Source: Geopsychrobacteraceae bacterium (GTDB taxonomy: Bacteria > Desulfobacterota > Desulfuromonadia > Desulfuromonadales > Geopsychrobacteraceae). Taken from it: DNA of 64,000 bases. Made by a program: the position numbers and the translations under genes. Positions 10,317 to 21,275 of this stretch are shown here, piece by piece (position 1 is the stretch's first letter; each line of letters starts with the position of its first letter). Where the stretch lies: NCBI GenBank assembly GCA_963676795.2, contig CAXXTB010000002.1, forward strand, positions 1,408,001 to 1,472,000, written 5' to 3'. The notes beneath the pieces were generated by a model. That model did no database searches. It saw only the letters and a list, made by a program, of their open reading frames with translations, and was not told where the DNA came from.

Positions 10317-11708
10317 TTATGCTTTGGCATGCTTGTCGACATAGTCTTTGATGACGTTGATATCGGCAGCAAGGATATCCATTTTGCGTTCTCTCAAGTT
10401 CAGGTCACTGTAGGCTGGTGGCAGAGCCGGTTCGGTGCCGGTTGCCCGGTTGACGGCCTCACCGAACTTGGCCGGGTGGGCTGTCGCCAGGCAGACGAGG
10501 GGGGTCGCTGCGTCCTGTAGCTGCTGGCCTGCAGCAACGCCGACCGCTGTGTGCGGGTCGAGAATGTAGCCGGTCTGCTGGTAGAAGCTCTTGATCATTT
10601 CCAGGGTCATTTCATCGTCGACCGAAGCGGAGGCGAATTCCGACTGGACCTGTTGCAGTTGCTCCTCGGTGACTTTGAGTACGCCGGTTTTGGCAAAATC
10701 GGCCATTGTTGTCACGACCTTCTGGGCATCGCAATCGAGCAGGTAGTAGAGGTAGCGCTCGAAATTGCTGGCCACCTGGATATCCATCGACGGCGACAGG
10801 GAGTGGTGGACTTTGGCCTTGGAGTAGTCGCCGGCGTTGATAAATCGGCTGAGGATGTTGTTGGCGTTGGTCGCCAGGATCAGACGCTGAATAGGAACGC
10901 CCATCTGTTTGGCAATGTAGCCTGCAAAGATGTCGCCGAAATTTCCGGTCGGGACCGATACGTCGATCTTGTCTGCGCCGGTTTCCTTGCTGACCTGAAA
11001 CCAGGCATAGAAATAGTAGACGACCTGAGCGAGCACCCGTGCCCAGTTGATCGAGTTGACCGCACCTAAAGCATGCTTTTCCTTGAATTCAAGATCGCCG
11101 AAAATCTCCTTGACGATCGACTGGGCATCATCAAAGGTCCCATCGATAGCCAGATTGAAGACGTTTTCGTCGGTGACCGTTGTCATTTGCAGTTCCTGGA
11201 CCGGGGAAACCCGGCCGTGGGGATGCAGGATAAAGATGTTGATATTCTTCTTGCCACGAACACCGTAGATAGCCGCGCTGCCGGTGTCGCCACTGGTTGC
11301 GCCGATGATGTTCATGTGGCGCTTGTCTCTGATCAGCAGATATTCGAACAGGTTGCCGAGAAACTGCAGGGCGACATCCTTGAAGGCCAGAGTCGGGCCA
11401 TGGAACAGCTCCAGGATGTGAACATTGTCATGCTTGACCACCGGAGTGACCTGGGGATGCTCAAAGCTTGCATAGGAGGTTTCAATCAGCTTTTTCAGGT
11501 CCGCCGGCGGAATGTCATCGACGAAGCGTGAGATAACCTCGAAGGCGAGTTCGGGGTAGCTCAGGCCGCTCAGCGCCTGCAGCTCGTTCCGGTTCAGGGT
11601 CGGGATCTGTTGCGGCAGGAGCAGGCCACCGTCGTCGGCCAGCCCCATCAGGACCGCCTGGGTAAAATTGAGATCTTTGACCTGTCCTCTGGTACTGCGG
11701 TATTTCAT
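10317..11708 (-). CDS. thrC: Threonine synthase
   Basis: MKYRSTRG start, ELFHGPTLAFKD PLP motif, ATSGDTG, NSINWAR, VPTGNFG, ATAHPAKF. Confidence 0.95.
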   Translation of the reverse strand: MKYRSTRGQVKDLNFTQAVLMGLADDGGLLLPQQIPTLNRNELQALSGLSYPELAFEVISRFVDDIPPADLKKLIETSYASFEHPQVTPVVKHDNVHILELFHGPTLAFKDVALQFLGNLFEYLLIRDKRHMNIIGATSGDTGSAAIYGVRGKKNINIFILHPHGRVSPVQELQMTTVTDENVFNLAIDGTFDDAQSIVKEIFGDLEFKEKHALGAVNSINWARVLAQVVYYFYAWFQVSKETGADKIDVSVPTGNFGDIFAGYIAKQMGVPIQRLILATNANNILSRFINAGDYSKAKVHHSLSPSMDIQVASNFERYLYYLLDCDAQKVVTTMADFAKTGVLKVTEEQLQQVQSEFASASVDDEMTLEMIKSFYQQTGYILDPHTAVGVAAGQQLQDAATPLVCLATAHPAKFGEAVNRATGTEPALPPAYSDLNLRERKMDILAADINVIKDYVDKHAKA

Positions 11709-11805
11709 ATCTGACTCTTTTCGATAGTTGCTGGTCAATGTGTTGTCACTAAAATTTCCGCCAGCATATTAGCAGTATCTTGAGTCCTTGAAAAGCAGTT
11801 CAAAC

Positions 11806-11840
11806 AAAAAGCGGAGTCTGGAAAATCAGACTCCGCTCTT
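11806..11840 (-). terminator. Intrinsic terminator downstream of maeB
   Basis: aaaaagcggagtctg-gaaaat-cagactccgc hairpin. Confidence 0.75.
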
Positions 11841-11872
11841 GGTTCTAATGCTGTTGTTCATTGATTCGGGTG

Positions 11873-14128
11873 TTAACCGGCATTTTGTGCATCAACGACA
11901 CAGGCCGCAGCCATATTGACGATATCGGCTACGTCATCACCGCGTTGTAGCACATGAACGGGTTTGTTCATGCCCATCAGGATCGGTCCGAGTGCTTCAG
12001 CTCCACCCAGTTTGTTGAGGAGTTTGTAGCTGATATTGCCCGACTGCAGATCCGGGAAGATCAGCACGTTAGCATCCCCTTTGAGGAGCGAAAACGGATG
12101 CTGGTCTGCAATCAGCTCCGGATCGAGAGCCATGTTGGCCTGGATCTCGCCATCGACGATCAGATCCGGGGCCTGCTGCTTGACCAGTGAGGTCGCTTTT
12201 TTCATTTTCAGCGCATACGGATGCTTGGAACTGCCGAAGTTGGAGAAGGAGAGCATGGCGACCTTGGGGACGATGTCGAACTGACGGACCGTTTCGGCTG
12301 CAAGGATCGCGGTTTCGGCCAGTTCTTCTGCAGAGGGATCGATATCGACCGTTGCGTCGGCGATAAACACGACACGTTTCTTCATCACCATCAGGTACAT
12401 GCCATGAACCTTGGACAGTCCGTCACGTTTGCCGATGATCTCAAGGGCGGGGCGGATCGTCTCGGTGTAGTGGAGATTGATCCCCGAGAGCATGGCGTCG
12501 GCATCGCCTTCGCGGACCATCATGGCGCCGAAGTAGTTCTTGTTGGCTTTCATGACCCGCTTGGCACCGGCCAGGGTTACTCCCTTGCGCTGTCGCAACT
12601 GGTACATTTTTTCAATGTATTCATCGCGTTTTTCACTGGAGAGGGGATCGATAATCAGGGTGTCGCCAAGCTCTATGCCGAGTTCGCAGATCTTTGTATT
12701 GATGATGTCCGGATTGCCGAGCAGGATCGGCTGGGCGATTTTCTCGGCGGCAATAATCTGGGCGGCTCGCAGAATCTTTTCTTCTTCACCTTCCGGCAGG
12801 ACGATCCGTTTCGGATTGGCTTTGGCCTTGTTGATCATGCTGCGCATGATCTCCTTGGAACGGCCCTGCAGAGCTTCCAGTTCCTCTACGTATTTGTCCA
12901 TGTCATCGATCGGCTTACGGGCGACGCCGGAATCCATGGCCGCTTTTGCGACCGCCGGAGCGACATGCAGGAGCACACGCGGATCGAAAGGTTTGGGGAT
13001 GATATAGTTACGCCCGAATTTGATCTCCTCACCGGCATAGGCTCTGCGTACCGAGTCTGGAACATCGAGTTTGGCCAGGTCGGCAAGCGCATGGACTGCG
13101 GCCAGTTTCATCTCATCGTTGATGGTTCTGGCATGGGTGTCGAGGGCGCCACGGAACAGGAACGGAAAGCAGAGAACATTGTTGACCTGATTCGGATAAT
13201 CGGAGCGGCCGGAACCGATGATGACATCTTCGCGGACTGCCCTGGCTTCTTCCGGGGTAATCTCCGGGTCGGGGTTGGCCATGGCAAAGACGATCGGATC
13301 CTTGGCCATGGAGCGCAACATTTCAGGTGTCAGGGCGCCCTTGACCGAGACGCCGAAGAAGATGTCGGCATCAACCAGCGCATCCGCCAGGCTGCGTGCG
13401 TCGGTTTGTGCGGCAAGGCGTTCCTTGTATTCGTTCATGCCGGCCGTACGCCCTTTGTAGATGACCCCTTTACTGTCGCAGAGGATAACCTTGTCCTTGT
13501 CGATCCCCATGCTGATGGCCAGGTTGGCGCAGGCGATCCCGGCAGCGCCGGCACCGTTGATGACGATTTTTGTCTCCGCTATCTGTTTGCCAACAACTTC
13601 AAGGGCGTTCATCATGCCTGCAACCGCGATAATTGCCGTGCCATGCTGATCATCGTGAAAAACCGGAATGTTCATCTGCTCCTTGAGCTTTTCCTCGATA
13701 TAGAAGCATTCCGGTCCTTTGATATCTTCGAGGTTGATACCGCCGAAGGTCGGTTCCAGAAGCTTGACGGTACGGATCAGTTCATCGGGATCCTTGGTGT
13801 CGATTTCGATATCGAAAACATCGATATCGGCGAAGGTTTTGAACAGGGTACCTTTCCCTTCCATGACCGGTTTGCTTGCCAGGGCGCCGATGTCACCAAG
13901 GCCTAAAACCGCCGTTCCGTTGGAAATTACACCGACCAGATTGCCTTTTGCGGTATATTTGAAAGCATCATCGGGGTTCTTCTCGATTTCGAGACAGGGT
14001 TCGGCAACCCCCGGGCTGTAGGCGAGGGATAAATCACGACTGGTCGAACAGGGCTTGGTCGTGATAACTTCGATTTTGCCTTTTCTGCCCGAACTGTGAT
14101 AATCGAGGGCTTCCTGGCGTTTTGACAT
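11873..14128 (-). CDS. maeB: NADP-dependent malic enzyme with C-terminal phosphotransacetylase-like domain
   Basis: [39 protein letters not shown]-like C-terminal half; ~750 aa. Confidence 0.95.
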   Translation of the reverse strand: MSKRQEALDYHSSGRKGKIEVITTKPCSTSRDLSLAYSPGVAEPCLEIEKNPDDAFKYTAKGNLVGVISNGTAVLGLGDIGALASKPVMEGKGTLFKTFADIDVFDIEIDTKDPDELIRTVKLLEPTFGGINLEDIKGPECFYIEEKLKEQMNIPVFHDDQHGTAIIAVAGMMNALEVVGKQIAETKIVINGAGAAGIACANLAISMGIDKDKVILCDSKGVIYKGRTAGMNEYKERLAAQTDARSLADALVDADIFFGVSVKGALTPEMLRSMAKDPIVFAMANPDPEITPEEARAVREDVIIGSGRSDYPNQVNNVLCFPFLFRGALDTHARTINDEMKLAAVHALADLAKLDVPDSVRRAYAGEEIKFGRNYIIPKPFDPRVLLHVAPAVAKAAMDSGVARKPIDDMDKYVEELEALQGRSKEIMRSMINKAKANPKRIVLPEGEEEKILRAAQIIAAEKIAQPILLGNPDIINTKICELGIELGDTLIIDPLSSEKRDEYIEKMYQLRQRKGVTLAGAKRVMKANKNYFGAMMVREGDADAMLSGINLHYTETIRPALEIIGKRDGLSKVHGMYLMVMKKRVVFIADATVDIDPSAEELAETAILAAETVRQFDIVPKVAMLSFSNFGSSKHPYALKMKKATSLVKQQAPDLIVDGEIQANMALDPELIADQHPFSLLKGDANVLIFPDLQSGNISYKLLNKLGGAEALGPILMGMNKPVHVLQRGDDVADIVNMAAACVVDAQNAG

Positions 14129-14286
14129 GGTCTCTTCTCCTCTGGATGACAAATAGTCATAAAAATAGATATATAAATGTACGGTAGGTTAAATCTTATA
14201 GTCGGGACGATAATTGTCAAGACGATTCGCCTTTTAGCAGTACAGGCGAAATCAGCGCTGACGATGTAGGAATTCGAGGATAATTT

Positions 14287-14775
14287 ATGTTGATCGGTGT
14301 GCTTTCCGACACCCATATTGTTGATATTGAAGACGGCTATCTGTTGGCAAAGGAATTGCTCAGCGGACCTTTCGCCGATGTCGCTGCGATTGTTCATGCC
14401 GGCGATCACGTCCATCCTGATCTGGGTTGCTGTTTTGCGCCCCTGCCTTTTTACTCGGTCAGCGGGAACATGGACAAGGTCAGTGCCGAGCGTCCGATCA
14501 GTCGTATTCTGACCTTTGCCGGTAAGCGTATCGGCGTCGTTCACGGCTGGGGCGGCGGTCATTCCATCGAGCAGCGCGTCATGGAAACCTTTTACAGCGC
14601 CGATGTCGATGTCATTATCTTTGGTCACAGCCACAAGCCCCTGTGTCAGCGCAGAGGATCCGTTCTGCTCTTCAACCCCGGGAGCCCGACAGATCGCAGG
14701 TCGGCCCCGTTTCATTCGGTTGGTATTCTCGAGATCGCTGCGGAAATCAGCGGAAAGATCATTGCTCTGGATTGA
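14287..14775 (+). CDS. Metallophosphoesterase (YfcE/MJ0936 family)
   Basis: SDTH, HAGD, GNMD, HG, FGHSH, NPGS. Confidence 0.88.
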   Translation: MLIGVLSDTHIVDIEDGYLLAKELLSGPFADVAAIVHAGDHVHPDLGCCFAPLPFYSVSGNMDKVSAERPISRILTFAGKRIGVVHGWGGGHSIEQRVMETFYSADVDVIIFGHSHKPLCQRRGSVLLFNPGSPTDRRSAPFHSVGILEIAAEISGKIIALD

Positions 14776-14800
14776 ATGTATTTGAGGGAGGTGTCAGTGA

Positions 14801-15400
14801 ATGTTTGAGATAATCAGAAGCGGTGGTCCGCTGATGTACCCGATTGGTCTGTGCTCCGTCATTGCCTGGGCGATTTTTCTGGAGCGTGTGATCAGCTATT
14901 TTCGGATTCGCCGTAACACCCAACGTCTCGGGCAGCTGGTTATCGAGCTGCTGGAGAAAGGGCAGGTCGAACAGGCCGGACAGCTGTGCAGTACGACAGT
15001 CTCTCCGTTATCGCGGATTCTTCAGGTTGTGTTTCGCAACCGGCACAGGAAAAGAGCGGAAATCAAGCTGCTGGCCGATGAAATCGGTGGCCGTGAGGTC
15101 ATCGGTCTGCAGCGTTATCTGGGTTTGATGGGGACCATCGCCAACGTCGCCCCGTTACTCGGCCTGCTTGGCACGGTACTGGGGATGATCGAAGCGTTCA
15201 GGGTTATCGCTGCTGAAGGGGTCGGTACGCCGGCGACCTTGGGGGGAGGTATCTCGCAGGCGCTGATCACCACTGCAGCCGGTTTGAGCGTGGCTGTCCC
15301 GATCATTCTCGTTCATCGCTATCTGAGTGCCAGGGCCGAGCGGCTGACCGTGGAGCTCGAAGAGGTGACCTCGCACGTTCTCGACCGGTTTGCGGAGTAG
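14801..15400 (+). CDS. MotA/TolQ/ExbB proton channel protein
   Basis: APLLGLLGTVLGMIEAF and GISQALITTAAGL. Confidence 0.9.
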   Translation: MFEIIRSGGPLMYPIGLCSVIAWAIFLERVISYFRIRRNTQRLGQLVIELLEKGQVEQAGQLCSTTVSPLSRILQVVFRNRHRKRAEIKLLADEIGGREVIGLQRYLGLMGTIANVAPLLGLLGTVLGMIEAFRVIAAEGVGTPATLGGGISQALITTAAGLSVAVPIILVHRYLSARAERLTVELEEVTSHVLDRFAE

Positions 15401-15404
15401 GGAG

Positions 15405-15827
15405 ATGGGCTTCAGACGAAAAACTCCGGAAGCTCCGCGGGTCGAACTGACGGCGATGATCGATGTCGTCTTTCTGCTGCTGATTTTTTTTATGATCTCG
15501 ACGACCTTTGTCGAAAGGCCGGGGCTGAGCATTGAACTGCCGACCTCTGCGGCAGAATCTGTCAAACAGCAGCAGGATCTGCATGTCTACCTGACAGCCG
15601 ATGGTGATATTTATCTCGACCGTGATCAGGTCGATCGTGCCCAGCTGCAGTTCAGGCTTGAGTCTTTCACTGCGGCCCAGCGCAAGAAGATGACCTTCCT
15701 GCTGATGGCCGACAAGGCGGCCAGGCATGGTCAGGTCGTTGAGCTGATGGATCTGGCCAGGACAGCCGGTTTCGATCAGCTGGCAATTGCGACCGATAGT
15801 AAACTGGATAATGGCGAAGCTGAGTAA
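15405..15827 (+). CDS. ExbD/TolR biopolymer transport protein
   Basis: LTAMIDVVFLLLIFFMIST; ADKAARHGQVVELMD; follows the exbB-like gene. Confidence 0.9.
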   Translation: MGFRRKTPEAPRVELTAMIDVVFLLLIFFMISTTFVERPGLSIELPTSAAESVKQQQDLHVYLTADGDIYLDRDQVDRAQLQFRLESFTAAQRKKMTFLLMADKAARHGQVVELMDLARTAGFDQLAIATDSKLDNGEAE

Positions 15828-15839
15828 GGGGAGAGCTAG

Positions 15840-16928
15840 ATGGCGAAAACAGTTGGAATCTTGACAGGTGGGGGCGATTGCCCAGGGTTGAATGCGGTTA
15901 TTCGCGGTGTTGTCAAAGCGGCTGTCCAGAACCGGGGTTGGCGCGTTCTGGGGATCGAAGACGGTTTTGACGGGCTGGTCGGCACACCGCGCTATCGGGA
16001 GCTCACTCTTGACAGCGTCAGGGGGATCCTGCCGCGTGGCGGGACGATACTCGGCACCAGTAACCGCGGTAATCCGTTCCGTTACCCGGTGGAAGAAAAC
16101 GGGCAAACGGTGTTTATGGATATTTCCCAGGATATTGTCGACACTGTGCGTCAGCTGGGCATCGATGTGCTGATCGCCGTTGGCGGTGACGGTACACTGA
16201 AAATCGCCCAGGGGTTGTTCGAAAAGGGGCTGCCTGTGGTTGGTGTGCCGAAGACGATCGACAACGATCTGCGCGCGACGGATGTGACCTTTGGCTACCG
16301 GACTGCGGTCAGTATCGTAACGGAAGCCCTTGATCGACTGCACACAACAGCGGAAAGTCATCATCGTGCCCTGTTTGTCGAGGTGATGGGCCGTGATGCC
16401 GGCTGGATTGCCCTTGAGTCCGGTATCGCCGGTTCCGCCGACGCGATTCTGATCCCGGAGATCCCCTTTTCTCTGGAACGGCTCTGTACAGCGATGCAAA
16501 AGAGCAAGGATAGCGGCCACCGCTATTTTCTCGTGGTCGTCGCCGAAGGAGCACATCCGGTCGACGGCGACAAGGTGGTGCTCAAGGCGGCGGCGGATAA
16601 CTTCGGTGTCGAGCGTCTTGGCGGCATCGCCTATCGGGTTGCTCACCAGGTGTCCCAGTGTGCCCGGATCGAAACCCGGGTCGTGATTCTCGGCCATCTC
16701 CAGCGTGGCGGCACGCCGTGTTCTTTTGACCGGATTCTGGCGACCCGCTTCGGCGTCAAGGCGGTTGAGCTGATTGCCAACGGCGAGTACGGCAAGATGG
16801 TTGCGCTCAAGGGGAGGAATGTTGTCTCTGTTGAGATCTCAAGCGCCGTATCGCAGTTGAATCTTGTCGATCCGCAGGGGGAGCTGGTTGAGACGGCCGA
16901 GGCGCTCGGTATTATGGTCGGCCGTTGA
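15840..16928 (+). CDS. pfkA: 6-phosphofructokinase (group III-like)
   Basis: TGGGDCPGLN, GGTILGT, GGDGT, PKTIDND, EVMGR, LGHLQRGG. Confidence 0.93.
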   Translation: MAKTVGILTGGGDCPGLNAVIRGVVKAAVQNRGWRVLGIEDGFDGLVGTPRYRELTLDSVRGILPRGGTILGTSNRGNPFRYPVEENGQTVFMDISQDIVDTVRQLGIDVLIAVGGDGTLKIAQGLFEKGLPVVGVPKTIDNDLRATDVTFGYRTAVSIVTEALDRLHTTAESHHRALFVEVMGRDAGWIALESGIAGSADAILIPEIPFSLERLCTAMQKSKDSGHRYFLVVVAEGAHPVDGDKVVLKAAADNFGVERLGGIAYRVAHQVSQCARIETRVVILGHLQRGGTPCSFDRILATRFGVKAVELIANGEYGKMVALKGRNVVSVEISSAVSQLNLVDPQGELVETAEALGIMVGR

Positions 16929-17882
16929 TCAGGAGCCTTTTTTGACCCCTGCCGTGGAACGGACTTCGATACGCGTCTGTTCCTTTTCGCAGTTGGCGCG
17001 TCCGGGACAGTCCTGTCTGGAGCAGGGGTCGAAGTGGATGATGACGTCGGAGCCGGGGATCTCCTCTTCGATCTTTTTCTCCAGGTTGTCGGCGATTTCA
17101 TGTGCCTCGGCGACGGTCATGTTTTTGCAAAGCTCAAGATGAAAATCCATGATCTTCATTGAACCGGCGCGGCGGGTTCTCAGGCCGTGATAGCCGGTGT
17201 GAGGGCCGGCCTGAGAGGTGATCAGTTCGTCGATCCTGGTGCGGATCTCCTCGGGCAGCTGGTGGTCGAGCATGTCGGACAGGCTGCGTTTGATCAGCTC
17301 CAGAGCTTCGTGGAGGATGTAGACGGCAACCAGGATCGATAAGGCTGAATCGAGCCAGTGGATTCCGAACCAGCGGATCAATAGCAGTCCTACCATCAGC
17401 CCCAGGTTGGTATAGATGTCCATGCGAAAGTGCAGCGAGTCCGCTTCCAGCGCAGATGAGTCGGTCAGTCTGGCGACTTTGCGCAGGTAGCGTGCGATCA
17501 GCCAGGAGATGACTGCACTGATCGCGAGCACGCCGATTCCTTCGTTGACATGTTCGAGGCTTCTTCCTTCAGTCAGCCTGATAACGGCTTCATAGATGAT
17601 CCAGATGCCGGATAGGGTGATGACCAGTGCCTGAAACATCGTCGCCAAAGTTTCGAATTTGCCGTGGCCGAAGGGGTGGCATTCGTCGGGCGGCTGTTCG
17701 GCCTGACGGATGGCCATGAAGTTGACGCCCGACATCAGGATGTCGAGGATAGAATCGATGGCTGAAGCCATAACCGCCATCGAACCGCTGATCACGGCGA
17801 TGATCAGTTTGATGACCGCCAGTGTCAGGGCTCCGGCGACGGAGAATCCTGCCGCTCTGATTTTTGGGTTCTTGGACAGCAC
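16929..17882 (-). CDS. Cation diffusion facilitator (FieF-like)
   Basis: HPFGHGKFE, ADSLHFRMD, C-terminal dimerisation domain; GTG start at 17882 with purine-rich RBS. Confidence 0.9.
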   Translation of the reverse strand: MLSKNPKIRAAGFSVAGALTLAVIKLIIAVISGSMAVMASAIDSILDILMSGVNFMAIRQAEQPPDECHPFGHGKFETLATMFQALVITLSGIWIIYEAVIRLTEGRSLEHVNEGIGVLAISAVISWLIARYLRKVARLTDSSALEADSLHFRMDIYTNLGLMVGLLLIRWFGIHWLDSALSILVAVYILHEALELIKRSLSDMLDHQLPEEIRTRIDELITSQAGPHTGYHGLRTRRAGSMKIMDFHLELCKNMTVAEAHEIADNLEKKIEEEIPGSDVIIHFDPCSRQDCPGRANCEKEQTRIEVRSTAGVKKGS

Positions 17883-17892
17883 TCTTCTTCCT

Positions 17893-18402
17893 TTAGTCGT
17901 TCGGGCAGGCCCGTTCCCAGTCGTGGTAGCCATCATCGACAAGATTCAGGAAACTCTCGATGCGCTGCTGGTAGTAATGGATATCGTTGCAGGCAGCTGT
18001 GATTTCTGTGCAGCTAACCTCGTCCAGCAGTGAGTTCAAGGCGCAGAATCGGGCGAAACTTTTTATTCCGGCCAGGATGTCTTTCAGCTCTGTTATGTTG
18101 GCTTCAAGAGTGCTGATAATATACCAGTTGCCGGCAAAGGCCCTGACTCTGGCCGCGCTCAGGCTGAAGATGTTGGCCCGCTGATTGTCGATCATGAAAT
18201 CACGCAGGAAATAATCGGCGCCCGCCGCTTTGCTGCCGGCGATCAGCGGTTCATCCTCCTGCTGCAGGTGTTGATGAAACGTTTTCAGCAGCTCACGGCA
18301 CAGCTGATCGGCGCGAACTTCATCTTCAAGACTGCTGATCTGATAGTTTGATGGATTGAAAAGGTCTGGGCTGTTTTGTATGTCGTTTGTCATGGCGATC
18401 AT
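17893..18402 (-). CDS. Hypothetical protein
   Basis: 169-aa ORF with RBS, directly upstream of and co-oriented with the CDF gene; no motif recognised. Confidence 0.7.
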   Translation of the reverse strand: MIAMTNDIQNSPDLFNPSNYQISSLEDEVRADQLCRELLKTFHQHLQQEDEPLIAGSKAAGADYFLRDFMIDNQRANIFSLSAARVRAFAGNWYIISTLEANITELKDILAGIKSFARFCALNSLLDEVSCTEITAACNDIHYYQQRIESFLNLVDDGYHDWERACPND

Positions 18403-18655
18403 ATTGTCCTTCTAAGTCATTATCTTCATGACATTAGATATCATTTCGGGGGCAAGACTGTCTCTATTTAATTCATCAGACAAGAGTCGCCGGGGACTGA
18501 TTTTTAGCATCGGCGCTCGCTTAACGTCAAGACGTCGACTCATGATCTTGTGTTTGCTTTAGCGGGGCTCCTTTGTTAGTATCTGCTGCTTCAGGGCGGT
18601 TTAGGTTCTGACCTATTATTCTTTTTTGTTTCTATGCATTGTTCAGGGTTACAGC

Positions 18656-21271
18656 ATGTCGACGGCAACACCATTGATGCGTCAGTATCTGGAGATCAAG
18701 TCCCAGTATCAGGATGCTATACTGTTTTTCCGCCTGGGGGACTTCTATGAGATGTTCATGGAAGATGCCGTCACCGCATCCCGAATCCTTGGTATCACCC
18801 TGACTTCACGCAACAAGGGGGAGGAAGATTCTGTTCCGCTCTGTGGTATCCCGTTTCACAGCAGCCAGGGGTATCTCGCCAAGCTGGTCTCCGCCGGCTA
18901 TAAGGTGGCGATCTGCGAACAGGTTGAAGACCCCAAAACGGCAAAAGGGATCGTCAAGCGGGAGGTCGTCCGGGTTGTGACGCCGGGGCTGGTCACCGAT
19001 ACCGATATCCTCGACCCCAAGACCAATAATTATCTGCTCGGTGTCGTTCAGGGAGAGACCGGCTTCGGTATCGCTCATGTCGATATCACCACCGGTCAGT
19101 TCCGCACCACGGAGGTGGAGAGCCTTGAAGAGATCAAGAGTGAAATAGCCTCCCTGCGGCCGCAGGAGCTGGTCTTCTGTGACGACGAGGCGGGACGGGA
19201 GCTGCAGAAAAAACTGTCCTCTCTGTGCGTCGATCTCTGTATTAACATGCTTCCCGACTGGGTCTTTCAGGCCGATCACAGTTTTCAGCTGCTCTGTTCC
19301 TTCTTCAATGTCGCCGGGATGCAGTCGTTCGGCTGCGACAATCTTCTGGCTGCCCAGTCGGCTGCGGGAGCCGTACTCTATTATCTGCAGCAGACCCAGA
19401 AGGAAGAATTGCGCCATCTGCGCCCGTTGCAGACCTATCATATCCGCAACTACATGCTGCTCGACGATTCAACGCGGCGCAACCTGGAGTTGACGGCGAC
19501 CATGCAGGACGGCAAGAAACGCGGCTCGCTGCTCGGGGTTCTCGACCGCACAGTGACCGCCATGGGCGGCCGTACCCTGCGCCAGTGGATACACTATCCG
19601 TTGGTCGATGCGCAACAGATCAATTTCCGTCTTAACGCCGTTGCCGAGCTGGTCGATAACAGCCTGCCGCGCCTCGATCTGCGCGATGCTCTCGACGGCG
19701 TTTACGATCTGGAGCGACTCAACAGCAAGATTTCCATGGCCAGCGCCAACGCCAAGGACCTGAGTGCGCTGCGCGCTTCTCTGCAGAAGCTGCCGCAGGT
19801 GGATGATCTGCTCGATTCCCTGAGCTGTCCGATGATTGCCGAGTTGCGTCAGCAGATCGACCTGCTGCCGGAACTTGTCGAACTGCTGGAGACGGCGATC
19901 GTCGATGATCCCCCCTTTGTCCTGCGTGACGGTGGTCTGATCCGTGACGGTTACAGTGCGGAGCTTGATGAACTGCGCACCATCAGCCGGGAAGGGAAGG
20001 GCTGGATCGCCGCCCTGGAGCAGCAGGAGCGCGAGCGGACCGGGATCCCTTCGCTGAAGATCAAGTTCAACAAGATCTTCGGCTATTTCATCGAGGTGAC
20101 TAACCGCAATCTTGACCGGATTCCGGAAGACTATCAGCGCAAGCAGACACTGGCCAATGCGGAGCGTTATATCACGCCCGGCCTGAAGGATTACGAAACC
20201 AAGGTCCTGGGTGCCGAGGAGCGGCTGGTCGAGCTGGAATACGATCTGTTCCAGCAGGTCAGGCTGCAGGTTGCCGAGCAGGGTGCCCGCATCCAGCGCA
20301 CCGCCGAAGCGCTGGCGGTCATCGATGTGCTGACCGCCCTGGCCGACCTGGCCCATGATCGCAACTATGTGCGGCCGCTGATCGATACCTCAGGTGTGCT
20401 GTCGATCGAGGCGGGGCGCCATCCGGTGGTCGAAGGGATGCCGCTCAAGGAGGCCTTCGTCCCCAACGATGTCGAGCTCGATACGGAAAAGAACCAGCTG
20501 CTGATCATTACCGGTCCGAATATGGCCGGTAAATCGACCTTCATGCGCCAGGTTGCCCTGATCGCCCTGATGGCCCAGATAGGCAGTTTCGTTCCGGCGG
20601 AAAAAGCCAGGGTCGGTGTCGTCGACCGCATCTTTACTCGCGTTGGCGCTAGTGATAATCTGGCAAGAGGTGAGTCGACCTTTATGGTTGAGATGAACGA
20701 AACGGCGAATATCCTGCGTCACGCAACGAAGAACAGCCTGATCGTTCTTGACGAGATCGGGCGCGGTACCTCGACCTATGACGGAGTCAGTATCGCCTGG
20801 GCCGTGGCAGAGTATCTTCATGACAACAACAAGGTTGCGGCGAAAACCCTGTTTGCGACCCACTATCACGAACTGACCGACCTGGCCCTGACCAGAGAGC
20901 GGGTCAAGAACTACAACGTCGCCGTCAAGGAGTGGAACGACCAGATCATTTTCCTGCGCAAGATCCTCTCGGGGGGTGCCAGCCGTTCCTACGGTATCCA
21001 GGTCGGGCGTCTGGCCGGATTGCCGGAGCCGGTCATCGAGCGGGCCAAGGAGATCCTGAAGAACCTGGAAGCTGGAGAGTTCACCAGGCCGGGCGTGCCC
21101 CGGCTCGGGCAGAGTAAAAGCCGCCCGCAGAAAAAGCCGGAACAGCAGATGGCGCTGTTCCAGACGCAAGGAAACGATCAAATCCGCGATCGCCTCGAAC
21201 AGGTCGATCTGTCGACAACGACACCGATTGAAGCACTGAATATCCTTGACGAGCTTAAAAGACTGCTGTGA
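18656..21271 (+). CDS. mutS: DNA mismatch repair protein MutS
   Basis: [45 protein letters not shown]. Confidence 0.97.
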   Translation: MSTATPLMRQYLEIKSQYQDAILFFRLGDFYEMFMEDAVTASRILGITLTSRNKGEEDSVPLCGIPFHSSQGYLAKLVSAGYKVAICEQVEDPKTAKGIVKREVVRVVTPGLVTDTDILDPKTNNYLLGVVQGETGFGIAHVDITTGQFRTTEVESLEEIKSEIASLRPQELVFCDDEAGRELQKKLSSLCVDLCINMLPDWVFQADHSFQLLCSFFNVAGMQSFGCDNLLAAQSAAGAVLYYLQQTQKEELRHLRPLQTYHIRNYMLLDDSTRRNLELTATMQDGKKRGSLLGVLDRTVTAMGGRTLRQWIHYPLVDAQQINFRLNAVAELVDNSLPRLDLRDALDGVYDLERLNSKISMASANAKDLSALRASLQKLPQVDDLLDSLSCPMIAELRQQIDLLPELVELLETAIVDDPPFVLRDGGLIRDGYSAELDELRTISREGKGWIAALEQQERERTGIPSLKIKFNKIFGYFIEVTNRNLDRIPEDYQRKQTLANAERYITPGLKDYETKVLGAEERLVELEYDLFQQVRLQVAEQGARIQRTAEALAVIDVLTALADLAHDRNYVRPLIDTSGVLSIEAGRHPVVEGMPLKEAFVPNDVELDTEKNQLLIITGPNMAGKSTFMRQVALIALMAQIGSFVPAEKARVGVVDRIFTRVGASDNLARGESTFMVEMNETANILRHATKNSLIVLDEIGRGTSTYDGVSIAWAVAEYLHDNNKVAAKTLFATHYHELTDLALTRERVKNYNVAVKEWNDQIIFLRKILSGGASRSYGIQVGRLAGLPEPVIERAKEILKNLEAGEFTRPGVPRLGQSKSRPQKKPEQQMALFQTQGNDQIRDRLEQVDLSTTTPIEALNILDELKRLL

Positions 21272-21275
21272 GAGA

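Noticed and set aside
18403..18655. Possible ncRNA upstream of mutS
   Set aside because: Only weak, short stems and no recognisable family; explained as a divergent promoter region. An Rfam scan would settle it.
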